64,000 bases of DNA from Vulcanimicrobiota bacterium (GCA_963795855.1 CAWCIZ010000002.1:344342-408341); one strand, 5' to 3'; shown: positions 49,004-57,953, counted from the first letter of the stretch. Notes: generated by a model from the letters alone, not told the origin. Numbers and translations are program-made.

Positions 49004-49705
49004 TTATGCGTGCGTTTTCACGCGATTCGGATCGACCTTTACGCCGGGTCCCATCGTGCTGGTCAGCGTAATGCTTCGCAGATACGTGCCCTTGGCAGCG
49101 GCCGGCTTGGCGCGAACGATCGCGTCGAGCAGCGTCGCGACGTTTTCTGCGAGCTGCTCTTCGCCGAAACTTGCCTTTCCGACGATCGTGTGAATGATTC
49201 CGCTCTTGTCCAGACGGTACTCGACTTTACCGGCTTTGATGTCGCGAATCGCGCCCGCGATGTTCGCGGAAACCGTACCAGCCTTCGGGTTCGGCATTTT
49301 CTGCGCGAGAATACGGCCGAGTTCCTTACCAACCCCCGCCATCATGTCGGGCGTCGCAACGGCAACGTCGAAGTCGGCGAAGCCGCCCTTCACTTTGTCG
49401 ATTAGGTCTTGCTCGCCGACGACGTCGGCCCCGGCGGCTTGCGCCGCCTTGGCATTGTCGCCTTTCGCAAACGCGATGACCCGAACGGTGCGGCCCGTGC
49501 CGTGCGGCAGCAAAACGGTGCCGCGCACGTTCTGATCGCTCTTCTTCGGATCCACGCCCAAGCGGATGTGCGCTTCGACGGTTTCGTCGAATTTCGCGCT
49601 TGCGTTCTTCTTCACGATCGCGACGGCTTCGGTCGCGTCGAACAGTTGCTTGCGATCGTACGTTCCGGCGACGGCGCGGAAACGCTTACCGTGAAAACGT
49701 GCCAT
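49004..49705 (-). CDS. rplA: 50S ribosomal protein L1
   Basis: 233 aa of canonical L1 sequence. The ATG overlaps the rplK stop (TAATG). Confidence 0.95.
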   Translation of the reverse strand: MARFHGKRFRAVAGTYDRKQLFDATEAVAIVKKNASAKFDETVEAHIRLGVDPKKSDQNVRGTVLLPHGTGRTVRVIAFAKGDNAKAAQAAGADVVGEQDLIDKVKGGFADFDVAVATPDMMAGVGKELGRILAQKMPNPKAGTVSANIAGAIRDIKAGKVEYRLDKSGIIHTIVGKASFGEEQLAENVATLLDAIVRAKPAAAKGTYLRSITLTSTMGPGVKVDPNRVKTHA

Positions 49706-50129
49706 TACGCTTCCACCTCCACGCCCATCGAACGCGCCGTTCCGGCAATGATCAGCTTGGCGGCGTCGATGTCGTTGGCGTTGATGTCGGGCATCTTCAC
49801 CTTCGCGATCTCCTCGAGCTGCGATTGCGGAGCTTGCCGACTTTGTTGCGGTTCGGCTCTTTCGAACCGGACTCGATTTTCAACGCCTGCTTGATGAGGA
49901 ACGACGCCGGCGGCGTCTTCGTAATGAACGTGAACGTGCGATCTTCGAATACTGTAATCTCGACCGGAATGATCATGCCCGCCTGCGAGGCAGTACGTTC
50001 GTTGTACTGCTTGCAAAAGTCCATGATATTCAAACTGTACGGTCCGAGTGCGGGACCGATCGGGGGCGCGGGCGTTGCTTTCCCGGCCGGAATTTGCAGG
50101 CCGATCTTGCCTACGACTTTCTTCGCCAT
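49705..50129 (-). pseudogene. rplK: 50S ribosomal protein L11, frame broken by a missing base as assembled
   Basis: [30 protein letters not shown]...[13 protein letters not shown] is in one frame. [40 protein letters not shown] is in the 49705..50016 frame. The span is 425 nt = 3n+2. Confidence 0.9.
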
Positions 50130-50214
50130 TGTTTACCTTTCGTTCCTAAGAACTGCCCCTACCTAAACTCACGCGCCCGGGGTCGCTGCCGCGTGAGAAT
50201 CCGTCAGCGAAACG

Positions 50215-50958
50215 CTAGACTTTTTCGATCTGGTAGAACTCGAGTTCGACCGGCGTTTCGCGCCCGAAGATCGAGATGAGCGCGCGAACCTTTTCCTTTT
50301 CGGGCTGAATCTCGTCGACGATACCGGTGAAGTCGAAGAACGGTCCCGACGTAACTTTGACGCGGTCGCCTTTCTTGAAGTCGATCTTCAGTTTCGGCGT
50401 TTCGATGCCCATCTGCTTGAGGATCGTTTTCACTTCTTTGTCCTGCAGCGGAACGGGCTTTTCACCCGCGCCCGGACTGCCGACGAACCCGGTAACGCCC
50501 GACGTGTTTCGCACGACGTACCATGACTGGTCGTCCATGTCCATCTCGACGAGCACGTAGCCGGGGAACACTTTCTTCGGCGTGATCTTGCGCTTGCCGT
50601 CCTTGAATTCGACTTCGTCTTCCATCGGGACGAGCACGCGGAAAATCTTGTCCTGCATGTTCATCGAGTGAATGCGGCGCTCGAGATTCGCTTTGACTTT
50701 ATTTTCGTAACCCGAATACGTATGGATCACGTACCAGTGCTTGCGGTCGTCTTTACCGCCGCGAGGGCGAGCCTCTTTGCGATCTTCCTGCAGCGTTTCG
50801 TCGGCGTCGGGCGACGCTTCGGTTTCGTCGGCGATCGCGGCGGCTTCTGCCAAATCTTCAGCGTGTGAGGACTCGGCGAGCGCCTGGGACTCGGACTCGT
50901 GCGCTTCTTCGGTTATCGCGAAACCGTTGCGTTCTTGTTCCAAAGAAAAATCCGTCAT
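50215..50958 (-). CDS. nusG: transcription termination/antitermination factor NusG with ~65-aa acidic N-terminal extension
   Basis: ATG 50958 overlaps the secE stop (ATGA). The NGN domain (HWYVIHTYSGYENKV) and the KOW domain (GDRVKVTSGPFFDFTGIV) are both present. Confidence 0.92.
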   Translation of the reverse strand: MTDFSLEQERNGFAITEEAHESESQALAESSHAEDLAEAAAIADETEASPDADETLQEDRKEARPRGGKDDRKHWYVIHTYSGYENKVKANLERRIHSMNMQDKIFRVLVPMEDEVEFKDGKRKITPKKVFPGYVLVEMDMDDQSWYVVRNTSGVTGFVGSPGAGEKPVPLQDKEVKTILKQMGIETPKLKIDFKKGDRVKVTSGPFFDFTGIVDEIQPEKEKVRALISIFGRETPVELEFYQIEKV

Positions 50959-51227
50959 TGTGAAACCGGAGGATGAACCCAAGTGAAGACCCAGCCGAAG
51001 AGCTGATCGGCGCCGTACGTGAACAACCCGATGGCGACGACCAAGACGATGGTAAGGACGGTCGCGGAAACCCACTCTTCACGCGTGGGCCACGTTACGC
51101 GCTTGAGCTCGAGCCACACGCCCCGAACGAACTCTTGCGCGTTCATGTTGTTCGCGGTACGCGCGACGGGCGCCGTGCTCGGCTTCTTTTTCCCACCGTC
51201 CGGCGTGCCGCCGGGGGCTTTGTTCAT
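50955..51227 (-). CDS. secE: preprotein translocase subunit SecE
   Basis: ATG 51227 follows AGGAGA. The segment FVRGVWLELKRVTWPTREEWVSATVLTIVLVVAIGLF is present. Confidence 0.85.
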   Translation of the reverse strand: MNKAPGGTPDGGKKKPSTAPVARTANNMNAQEFVRGVWLELKRVTWPTREEWVSATVLTIVLVVAIGLFTYGADQLFGWVFTWVHPPVSQ

Positions 51228-51248
51228 CACGAGGTTTCTCCTGGAGAT

Positions 51249-51324
51249 TGGCAGGGCGGACAGGACTCGAACCTGCAACAACTGGTTTTGGAGACCAGGA
51301 CTCTACCAATTGAGCTACCGCCCT
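51249..51324 (-). tRNA. tRNA-Trp (anticodon CCA), CCA end encoded
   Basis: Manual cloverleaf: AGGGCGG TA GCTC AATTGGT AGAGT C CTGGT CTCCAAA ACCAG TTGTT GCAGG TTCGAGT CCTGT CCGCCCT G CCA. Confidence 0.9.
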
Positions 51325-51355
51325 ATAAATGTGTCCGGCGGCGTCGTTGCCGTTG

Positions 51356-51520
51356 TTACTTGGTCTCGCGGTGCGGCTTATGGCTTCGGCAGAAGCGGCA
51401 GTACTTGCTCAATTCCAGCCGTTCCGTCGTCTTCTGTTTGTTTTTTTGCGTGTTGTAGTTCCGGCGCTTGCATTCGGTGCACGCCATGACGACCATCACG
51501 CGATTCTCTTTCTTGGCCAC
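51356..51520 (-). CDS. rpmG: 50S ribosomal protein L33
   Basis: My translation from GTG 51520: [54 protein letters not shown]. It is too short for the ORF track. Confidence 0.9.
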   Translation of the reverse strand: MAKKENRVMVVMACTECKRRNYNTQKNKQKTTERLELSKYCRFCRSHKPHRETK

Positions 51521-51540
51521 GTTCCTCTACCACACAACGT

Positions 51541-51565
51541 AAATAAAACGGACCGGCGGTCCGTT
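51541..51565 (-). terminator. terminator-like hairpin between tRNA-Arg and rpmG
   Basis: On the minus strand, AACGGACC-gcc-GGTCCGTT is followed by TTATTTACG. Confidence 0.5.
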
Positions 51566-51574
51566 TGACAACCC

Positions 51575-51604
51575 AGTATAGCACAAGCAAGATTCGAGCT
51601 GCAA
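51575..51604 (-). promoter_or_regulatory. sigma-70-type promoter upstream of rpmG
   Basis: The minus strand reads TTGCAG-N18-(TGc)TATACT, an extended -10 configuration. Confidence 0.45.
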
Positions 51605-51630
51605 CCGCCACTCAAATCGCCGGCCAAAAT

Positions 51631-51704
51631 CGCGCCCGGGCGGAATCGAACCGCCAACCTCGGCCTTAGGAGTGCCTTGCTCTATCCAATTGAGCTACGG
51701 GCGC
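51631..51704 (-). tRNA. tRNA-Arg (anticodon CCT) with two mismatches in the anticodon stem
   Basis: GCGCCCG TA GCTC AATTGGATA GAGC A AGGCA CTCCTAA GGCCG AGGTT GGCGG TTCGATT CCGCC CGGGCGC G. The acceptor, D and T arms are perfect. The 27:43 and 31:39 pairs are both A/G. Confidence 0.6.
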
Positions 51705-52873
51705 GCGACGCCCTGACTTTTACGCGCGCGGGACCCGCTCACCCCTTGCGGGCCGTTCACCAACTCGCGGTACAGGCGCGCTAAAGCGACCGCCCGAGCG
51801 CGCGGCGCGTGCCGCTGCGCAATCAACTGCGACGCTTGCTCGGTCAAGCGCCGGGCCAACTGACGATCGGCCAGCACGCGCTCGAGCGCATCTGCGAGCT
51901 CCTGCGGCTCGCGCGGCCGAACCAGCAGCGCGCTCTCTTCGTCGGTAACGATTTCCGGCGTGCCGCCGGTCGCCGTTGCGACGGCCGGAACTCGGCACGC
52001 CATCGCCTCGAGCAGGACGTTCGGCGATCCTTCGCTCAGCGACGGCAGCGCCATCACGTCGGCGATCGCGTAATACGGCGCCACCGAAGGGACGTGCCCG
52101 GTGAACACGACGGGTTCTCCGGCGGCCGCCTCTTCCAGAGCCTTGCGTTCCGGCCCGTCGCCGGCCAGCAGCAGCCGCGCCTGCGGACGCCGCTGCCGCA
52201 AAATGCGAAACGCGCGGACGAGATCGATGTGCGCTTTTTCGTGCGACATGCGGCCCGCAGCAATGATCACCTCGTCATCGGCGCTGAAACCCAAGCCTCT
52301 GCGAACTTCGGCCGCGTCGATCGCTTTAACGCTTTCGATCCATGCCGGATCCACGGCGTTTTGAAGCACCGTTATTCGCGACGCATCGACACCGCGCCGG
52401 ATCAACTCCACTTCGAATGCGCGGCTCACCGTAACCAGCCGCAGCGGCCGCCGGAGCGACCACCGATCGAGCTCGTTGTAGGCGCGCATCTTGAGGCTTT
52501 CCGCCGTGTACCCGTGATGAAACGCCACCCACGGAGAGCGCCGCCACAAACCCGAGAGGCGCACCAGAAAATGCGACTTCACGGCGTGCGTCTGCAGAAC
52601 GTGCGGTGAAAGTTCCGCGACGAGCTTTTCGAGCGCGCCGATCACGGCTCGATCGAAGGCGCCGCGCTCCGGAATCGCCGTAATTGGAATCGATCGCGCA
52701 CGCGCCGCGCGAAGCAGATCGGTTTCGCCGGACCCGCGCCGATAGGTGGCGAGATGCATGTCGATGCCGGGGTCCACCTCGCGTACCGCCGTGCAAAACT
52801 CCAGCAGGTTCTTGACGTTGCCCGTGATCGTGGACGCCTCGATGACCGCGAGCACCCGCACGCGTTCGTTCAT
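51695..52873 (-). CDS. GT4-family glycosyltransferase
   Basis: ATG 52873 overlaps the upstream stop (ATGA). The motif PSLSEGSPNVLLEAMACRVPAVATATGGTPEIV is present. The last 10 nt overlap the tRNA-Arg 5' end. Confidence 0.8.
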   Translation of the reverse strand: MNERVRVLAVIEASTITGNVKNLLEFCTAVREVDPGIDMHLATYRRGSGETDLLRAARARSIPITAIPERGAFDRAVIGALEKLVAELSPHVLQTHAVKSHFLVRLSGLWRRSPWVAFHHGYTAESLKMRAYNELDRWSLRRPLRLVTVSRAFEVELIRRGVDASRITVLQNAVDPAWIESVKAIDAAEVRRGLGFSADDEVIIAAGRMSHEKAHIDLVRAFRILRQRRPQARLLLAGDGPERKALEEAAAGEPVVFTGHVPSVAPYYAIADVMALPSLSEGSPNVLLEAMACRVPAVATATGGTPEIVTDEESALLVRPREPQELADALERVLADRQLARRLTEQASQLIAQRHAPRARAVALARLYRELVNGPQGVSGSRARKSQGVARP

Positions 52874-54090
52874 ACTGCCAATTTCGCCGCCGAAAACCGC
52901 GAATAGAACGCGTAAACCTCTTCCCCGATTTGCGACCAGTCGTAGGTCGCGCGTGCGGTTTCCGCGCCGGCGCGCGCGACGCGTTCGAATGCCGCGTCGT
53001 CGCCCGCGAGAAAACGCACTGCGCTCTCGAATTCTTGCGGCGTATCCGCGAGAAGAATGTCGCGGTTCGGCGTAACTTGCAACCCTTCGGCCCCTAGTCG
53101 CGTAGAAATCACCGGCACGCCGGACGCCATCGCCTCCAAAATTTTCAGGCGCGTTCCGCTTCCGACGCGCAGCGGAACGACCGCTGCGAGCGCATTCCGG
53201 TAGTACGGCCGAACGTCGTCGACGGTGCCGGTGACGACAACGCCGGGACGCTTCTCCAGCGCTCGCACCTCCGGCACCGGGCGCGAGCCGACGATAAGGA
53301 AGCGAAGATGCGGAAACGCGTCGTGTATGCGGGGCCAAATCTCGTTCGCGAAATACAGCGCGCCGTCGATGTTCGCGTGATATTCCATCGATCCGACGAA
53401 GACGAGATCGGTGCGTGTGCCGAACGAATCGCTCCGCACGCCCGCGGCTTGAAAGGCGCAGTCGACGCCCGAAGGCACGGTGACGATATTTGCGTGCGGC
53501 GCCCGCCGAAGCAGCAGGTCGCGTTCGCGATCGCTACACACCAAATGCGCGTCGCATTCCGCCAAGAGCCGGTCTTCCAACCGTTCGAGAAGCCGCGCGG
53601 CGCGCGCAGCGTACAGTCGCTTGGGTAAACTCGCCGCGCCATTGGCAGCGTAACGGCGCATCAATTCCGACTCCACGTTGTGCCAGTCGCATACCAAACG
53701 CGGGCGGCTCTTGGCACTGCGAATCACCGGAATGTACGAGATGAGATGCACGCCTTCCATCTGCACGAGATCGAAATCGTTCGCGTCGAGCAGCGTGCGC
53801 AGTTCGCGCTCCATGCGCGCGCTTACGAAGTTCAGGACGTTCACCGGCAGCGGCCCTGCCAAACCGCGCACGATATTCGATGCGGAATACGCCGGTTCGC
53901 GGTGCACGAGCACGCTTTCGATCGCATCCGGGCCCTGTTTCCCGCGCCATACCGGCATGCCGGCGTCTCCAAAGCCGAGGTAGACGACTTCGCCGTGCTG
54001 CGCAAACGCTCGAGCCAGATAGTAATCTCGCAAATGCGCACCCGAGGTCGGCGGCCAGCATTCACGCGGTGAAACGTACAGAATCCGCAT
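52870..54090 (-). CDS. GT4-family glycosyltransferase
   Basis: ATG 54090 follows GGAGG (MRILYVSPREC...). The motif GSGTRLKILEAMASGVPVISTRLGAEG is present. The track's additional 317 N-terminal codons are antisense to the 54175(+) gene and are spurious. Confidence 0.8.
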   Translation of the reverse strand: MRILYVSPRECWPPTSGAHLRDYYLARAFAQHGEVVYLGFGDAGMPVWRGKQGPDAIESVLVHREPAYSASNIVRGLAGPLPVNVLNFVSARMERELRTLLDANDFDLVQMEGVHLISYIPVIRSAKSRPRLVCDWHNVESELMRRYAANGAASLPKRLYAARAARLLERLEDRLLAECDAHLVCSDRERDLLLRRAPHANIVTVPSGVDCAFQAAGVRSDSFGTRTDLVFVGSMEYHANIDGALYFANEIWPRIHDAFPHLRFLIVGSRPVPEVRALEKRPGVVVTGTVDDVRPYYRNALAAVVPLRVGSGTRLKILEAMASGVPVISTRLGAEGLQVTPNRDILLADTPQEFESAVRFLAGDDAAFERVARAGAETARATYDWSQIGEEVYAFYSRFSAAKLAV

Positions 54091-54174
54091 GCATCCTCCC
54101 GACTGCTCCTTACCCATGCCGCCGTTGCCGCTCACGACGCGCGCGAAGGCGCTCAGCCTCTTCGTGCGGTACAA

Positions 54175-55110
54175 ATGGCTACGATGAATGGTCTCGGAGA
54201 ACTGCCCGCGGGTCCGCCGGATTACGAGCTGCTCGAACGGCAGGCCGCCGCGCTGCTCGAGAACGTCGACAATTTTCTCGCTAATGCCGCAAACTTTGCC
54301 GCGTTCGTGTATTATTCGCTGCCGGATGTGAACTGGGCTGGGTTTTACTTTCCCGACACGCGCGGGCTGGTGCTCGGGCCGTTCGGCGGCAAGCCCGCGT
54401 GCACGGTGCTTCCGCGCGGCGAGGGCGTCTGCAACCGCGCGTTCGAGACCGCGAGCCCCGTCATCGTCGAAGACGTGCATGCTTTCGCGGGACACATTGC
54501 CTGCGATCCCGCTTCGCGCTCGGAACTCGTGCTGCCGATCTTGCATGACGGCGCGGTCTACGGCGTCTTCGATCTGGACAGTCCGCTGCGCGCGCGCTTC
54601 GGCGAACGCGACTCCGCCGGACTCCAGCGGCTCGTCGCGCAGTTCGCGGCGCATACGCCGTTGCCCGAGCGCTTCCGCACGACGCGGATGCCGAGCAACA
54701 TCAACCAGCGCATCGACGTGCAGACGTGCCGGGATCATCACGTCGTCCTGCGCTATCTCGTCGAAGAAGTCGGCAACGAGGGACGCGCGGCAAACGTCGC
54801 GCCGCTGCTGCGGCGGCTGCGCTCGGTGCTCGTCGCGCATTTGAAGTTGGAAGACGACTGGCTGTATCCGCGCTTGGAGCAGAGCAGCAACGCCATCGTG
54901 CGCGGCAAAGCCGAACGCTACCATCGTGAAGTCGGCGGATTGCGCGCGCAATTCGACGCACTCTGGAAGCGCTGGTCGGCTGATGACGCCGTCGCTGCGG
55001 ACTTTTCGGCATGGCAAACGCAATGGCGCGAATTCCAGCACGCGTTCGAAGCACGGATCGCGTCCGAAGACGACGATCTGTACCTGGCGGCGGAAGAGGA
55101 TTTCGCCTAG
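54175..55110 (+). CDS. GAF-domain free methionine-(R)-sulfoxide reductase (YebR/MsrC-like) fused to a hemerythrin-like domain
   Basis: The N-terminal half aligns by eye with E. coli YebR (NWAGFYF...LGPFGGKPACTVLPRGEGVC...DVHAFAGHIACDPASRSELVLPI). The C-terminal half has HHE-type motifs (VLVAHLKLEDDWLYPRL, EARIASEDDDLY). Confidence 0.8.
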   Translation: MATMNGLGELPAGPPDYELLERQAAALLENVDNFLANAANFAAFVYYSLPDVNWAGFYFPDTRGLVLGPFGGKPACTVLPRGEGVCNRAFETASPVIVEDVHAFAGHIACDPASRSELVLPILHDGAVYGVFDLDSPLRARFGERDSAGLQRLVAQFAAHTPLPERFRTTRMPSNINQRIDVQTCRDHHVVLRYLVEEVGNEGRAANVAPLLRRLRSVLVAHLKLEDDWLYPRLEQSSNAIVRGKAERYHREVGGLRAQFDALWKRWSADDAVAADFSAWQTQWREFQHAFEARIASEDDDLYLAAEEDFA

Positions 55111-55111
55111 T

Positions 55112-55315
55112 TCAACGCAGCGGCCGGCGCGGAGGATTGCGCCGAATGCGCCAAACCTGCATCGCCACGAGCAGCGCGAAGATTACCGCGATCGGACCGA
55201 GCGAGAACCAGAACGAGAGTAGTTGGATGTGATACGGATGCGCGTTCGTTTGGACGACCATTTGCGCGAGCATGTCGCTAGTGTATACCGTCTGGTGTAA
55301 AAAAATGTGTCGCAA
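55112..55315 (-). CDS. small hypothetical membrane protein
   Basis: 67 aa ORF with one clear TM helix (LLSFWFSLGPIAVIFALLVAM). The alternative start M15 is at 55273. Confidence 0.4.
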   Translation of the reverse strand: MRHIFLHQTVYTSDMLAQMVVQTNAHPYHIQLLSFWFSLGPIAVIFALLVAMQVWRIRRNPPRRPLR

Positions 55316-55393
55316 GCGCGAATTTTGCGCCGGTCGAGAGATGGCCCGCCCGCCCGCTCAGGGAACGCGCGGGCGCGGCCGAAAACACTTTGT

Positions 55394-55777
55394 ATGGAGC
55401 ATCTGCTCGTGCCGGCGGTCGCGTTAGCGATCGTCGCGGCAACGGCTATACTGACGGTCGCGCGCTACTGCGCCCTTCCGGAACGCATTCCGCTGGGACT
55501 GCATTTCAACTCGGACAGCAGCGGGAATGGGCCGCGCTACATGATCGGCTTTTTTCCGTTCATCCAGATGGGCCTCGCACTCGACGCAATCTCTCAGCCG
55601 ACCGGCGACGCGCTCTTTTTGACCGCGATGGTGGCGATTCTGTACTTCGCGCAACTGCTGACCATCGAGCTGTCGATGTACGGCCCCTCGCGCGCGCGCT
55701 ACGCCCGCTTCTGGGCTTCGTTCGCGGTGCTGATAGCGGCCGGAACGACCGCGGCGTTCGCGCTGCCGCTCCACTAG
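55394..55777 (+). CDS. hypothetical membrane protein (DUF1648-like)
   Basis: ATG 55394 opens MEHLLVPAVALAIVAATAILTV.... There are four TM-like segments. Confidence 0.6.
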   Translation: MEHLLVPAVALAIVAATAILTVARYCALPERIPLGLHFNSDSSGNGPRYMIGFFPFIQMGLALDAISQPTGDALFLTAMVAILYFAQLLTIELSMYGPSRARYARFWASFAVLIAAGTTAAFALPLH

Positions 55778-55780
55778 AAA

Positions 55781-55806
55781 AGCCCGGCTAACGTGCCGGG
55801 CTTTTT
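55781..55806. terminator. bidirectional intrinsic terminator
   Basis: AGCCCGGC-taacgt-GCCGGGCT is flanked by AAAA on the left and TTTTT on the right. It serves the + gene ending at 55777 and the minus-strand tRNA cluster. Confidence 0.75.
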
Positions 55807-55810
55807 ACTC

Positions 55811-55885
<75 letters not shown>

Positions 55886-55895
55886 GAAAAACCGT

Positions 55896-55969
55896 TGGAG
55901 CGGGCGGCGGGAATCGAACCCGCGCTGTCTGCTTGGAAGGCAGAAGCACTACCACTATGCAACGCCCGC
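55896..55969 (-). tRNA. tRNA-Gly (anticodon TCC), CCA encoded
   Basis: GCGGGCG TT GCAT AGTGGT AGTGC T TCTGC CTTCCAA GCAGA CAGC GCGGG TTCGATT CCCGC CGCCCGC T CCA. Confidence 0.92.
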
Positions 55970-55974
55970 GCAAC

Positions 55975-56062
55975 TGGTGGGCAGGGCTGGATTCGAACCA
56001 GCGTACAGCTTTCGCTGGACAGATTTACAGTCTGTTGCCTTTAACCACTCGGCCACCTACCC
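55975..56062 (-). tRNA. tRNA-Tyr (anticodon GTA), long variable arm, CCA encoded
   Basis: GGGTAGG ... ACAGA CTGTAAA TCTGT CCAGCGAAAGCTGTAC GCTGG TTCGAAT CCAGC CCTGCCC A CCA. Confidence 0.9.
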
Positions 56063-56250
56063 GCGCACGTCCCGTCTGGGACGACAGCGCACCAGGGTAC
56101 GATGCGCCCCGGTCCGAGTCCTGTGCCGCGCTTCGGCGCGGCTTCTAATCGCTTTTTCCGCTTTCTCTCAGAAGCGGCTCATGAAGCGCCCCCTCCCTTG
56201 CCGTTATAACCGAATCAAGCACCCCTCTCCGCTAGATTTGGAGCTTCGCA

Positions 56251-57438
56251 ATGAACGTACGCACCCCCATGATGGCCGCGCTTTTGCTCGCGTCAGCGAC
56301 GCTGACGGCGTGCGGCGGCGCCGGCGGATCCGGTTCCTTTACCCCTGCCGGCGCGAACGGCGGCAACACCGGCGGCAACGGCGCCTCAGTCCAATCCCAA
56401 ACCGAAGATTCAGTCGACACCGCGAACGCGATCGGCTCGCCGATGAAAGAGATCGGCTCATCGAACGAGGCCACGGGTTCGCCGCTGCAAACCGGCGCCC
56501 GCACCGCGCAAGCCGTTTCCGTGAAAACGCTGGGTGACGGGAGCTGCAGCAACGGCGTCGAGTTCTTCTCTCCCGACAAAAAAGGCGATGCAAACTCCAC
56601 CGAACGCATCGTTTTCTACGACAACGGCTGCACGCAGATGCAGAGCGACGCGGTTCGTGTGTACACCTCCACCAGTTCGACGTCCGAAACCGTGCAGCGC
56701 ACTGTGTCGCGCTACCATCTGGGCGCAAGCACACCCTCGTCGGTTCGAACCGAGACCGTAAGTTACACGAACGCCGCGTTCGATCAGTTCGGTTATCCGA
56801 TATACAAGAACGGCTTCGATCGCACGCATACCGGTGAACTCGACGTCAACGGCGTGAAGACGATCGACGGCGACGGTGAACTGGCGCTGCTCTCGGCGAG
56901 CGGTTCTACCTCGACCTTTTGCGGCGATTCCGCCGGCTTCAACGCGACCGGCAACGCATCGCTGAACGAAACCTTCGGCTGGGCCGGCGTTATGCCGAGC
57001 GGAACGCGCACCGTCAACCCCGACGGCAGCGTCACCTGGAATCTCACGCACGAGGGCAGCACGTACACCGGTTCGATCGGCGGCCTCTCGATTCAAGCCG
57101 GAGCGCAGAATACGAGCTGCCCTATCTCCGCGCCGATGTTCACGCTCGCGGGCGGCACGCTGAAGGGCCAATACCAGATCCCGATTCAGGCAACGTATCT
57201 TGACGGCATTCTGACGAACCTGACCGTCAGCAACGCGTCGCTCTCCAACGGCGACACGCTCGACATTCAAACCAATAGCGGCATCTCGCCGGGCGACGAG
57301 CACTTCATCTCCGGCACGCTTTCCAAGAGCGGCACGACGATTGCCAACTTCAACGTCAACGCCTTCGGCGACGGAACGCTGGTCGTGGTCGCGAGCGGCA
57401 AGGCGTACGAAATCGAAGATTGGCACGTCGTCAAGTAA
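56251..57438 (+). CDS. hypothetical lipoprotein
   Basis: 395 aa with the lipobox LTAC after a signal peptide. Gly/Ser/Thr/Asn-rich secreted-type composition. Confidence 0.65.
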   Translation: MNVRTPMMAALLLASATLTACGGAGGSGSFTPAGANGGNTGGNGASVQSQTEDSVDTANAIGSPMKEIGSSNEATGSPLQTGARTAQAVSVKTLGDGSCSNGVEFFSPDKKGDANSTERIVFYDNGCTQMQSDAVRVYTSTSSTSETVQRTVSRYHLGASTPSSVRTETVSYTNAAFDQFGYPIYKNGFDRTHTGELDVNGVKTIDGDGELALLSASGSTSTFCGDSAGFNATGNASLNETFGWAGVMPSGTRTVNPDGSVTWNLTHEGSTYTGSIGGLSIQAGAQNTSCPISAPMFTLAGGTLKGQYQIPIQATYLDGILTNLTVSNASLSNGDTLDIQTNSGISPGDEHFISGTLSKSGTTIANFNVNAFGDGTLVVVASGKAYEIEDWHVVK

Positions 57439-57460
57439 CGCTCAAGGCTTGCGCACTAGA

Positions 57461-57497
57461 AGAAGGCTCCGCACTCGGGAGCCTTCTTGGCGTTTTG
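57461..57497 (+). terminator. intrinsic terminator after the lipoprotein gene
   Basis: AGAAGGCTCC-gcactcg-GGAGCCTTCT is followed by TGGCGTTTTGCG. Confidence 0.65.
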
Positions 57498-57515
57498 CGT
57501 GACCCCGCGGCGCGT

Positions 57516-57953
57516 TTACGTCGCCGTCGAACTTTCTTTCTTCAAGCGACCCTCTTCTAAGTCTATCAGTTCGGTCCAGGTGTTCACGTAATCGTTTCCG
57601 GGATCGATCTTCTCGAGTTCGTCGCAGAAGTGCTCGCGTTCTTCCGGCTTCGGCTCGTTGTGCAGCACCCACTCGTTCATCTTCACGGTCTTTTCCGGTT
57701 CAGGGCGCACGTAATCGCGAATCCACTCCAGTACCGCGTCGTCGTCCGGCGAACGGCGCACGGCATCCAAGAACTCGTCCTCGGTGACGCCCAGCGTATT
57801 GAACAACTTGAGGTTGAAACGGCAGCCGTAGTAGAGGTACTCGCCGAGTTTGCCTTCGAGTTGCGCGCGGGCTTTGTCTATCGCGCGCGGAAGCAGCATC
57901 ATGCCGTCCAATTCTTCGCGCGGGCCGCGCGGATATTCGTGGGTCAGGTCCAT
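57516..57953 (-). CDS. DUF5069-family protein
   Basis: ATG 57953 opens MDLTHEYPRGPREELDGMMLLPRAIDKARAQLEGKLGEYLYYGCRFN.... Confidence 0.7.
   Translation of the reverse strand: MDLTHEYPRGPREELDGMMLLPRAIDKARAQLEGKLGEYLYYGCRFNLKLFNTLGVTEDEFLDAVRRSPDDDAVLEWIRDYVRPEPEKTVKMNEWVLHNEPKPEEREHFCDELEKIDPGNDYVNTWTELIDLEEGRLKKESSTAT

Noticed and set aside
49820-49840. Programmed ribosomal frameshifting as an explanation for the rplK break and the other frame breaks.
   Set aside because: No slippery heptamer or stimulatory structure is visible at the sites. The breaks occur in about 20 unrelated genes and in both directions. Indel error or decay explains all of them more simply.
50764-50958. The NusG acidic N-terminal extension (~65 aa) as a novel domain.
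   Set aside because: As I recall, low-complexity N-terminal extensions of NusG occur in other high-GC Terrabacteria lineages such as actinobacteria, and the stretch has no discernible motif. I noted it in the feature only.
52870-55041. The 723-aa track ORF, which suggests a very large glycosyltransferase.
   Set aside because: Only the C-terminal 406 codons (from ATG 54090, with GGAGG upstream) look like a GT4 enzyme. The upstream 317 codons are antisense to the well-supported fRMsr-hemerythrin gene.
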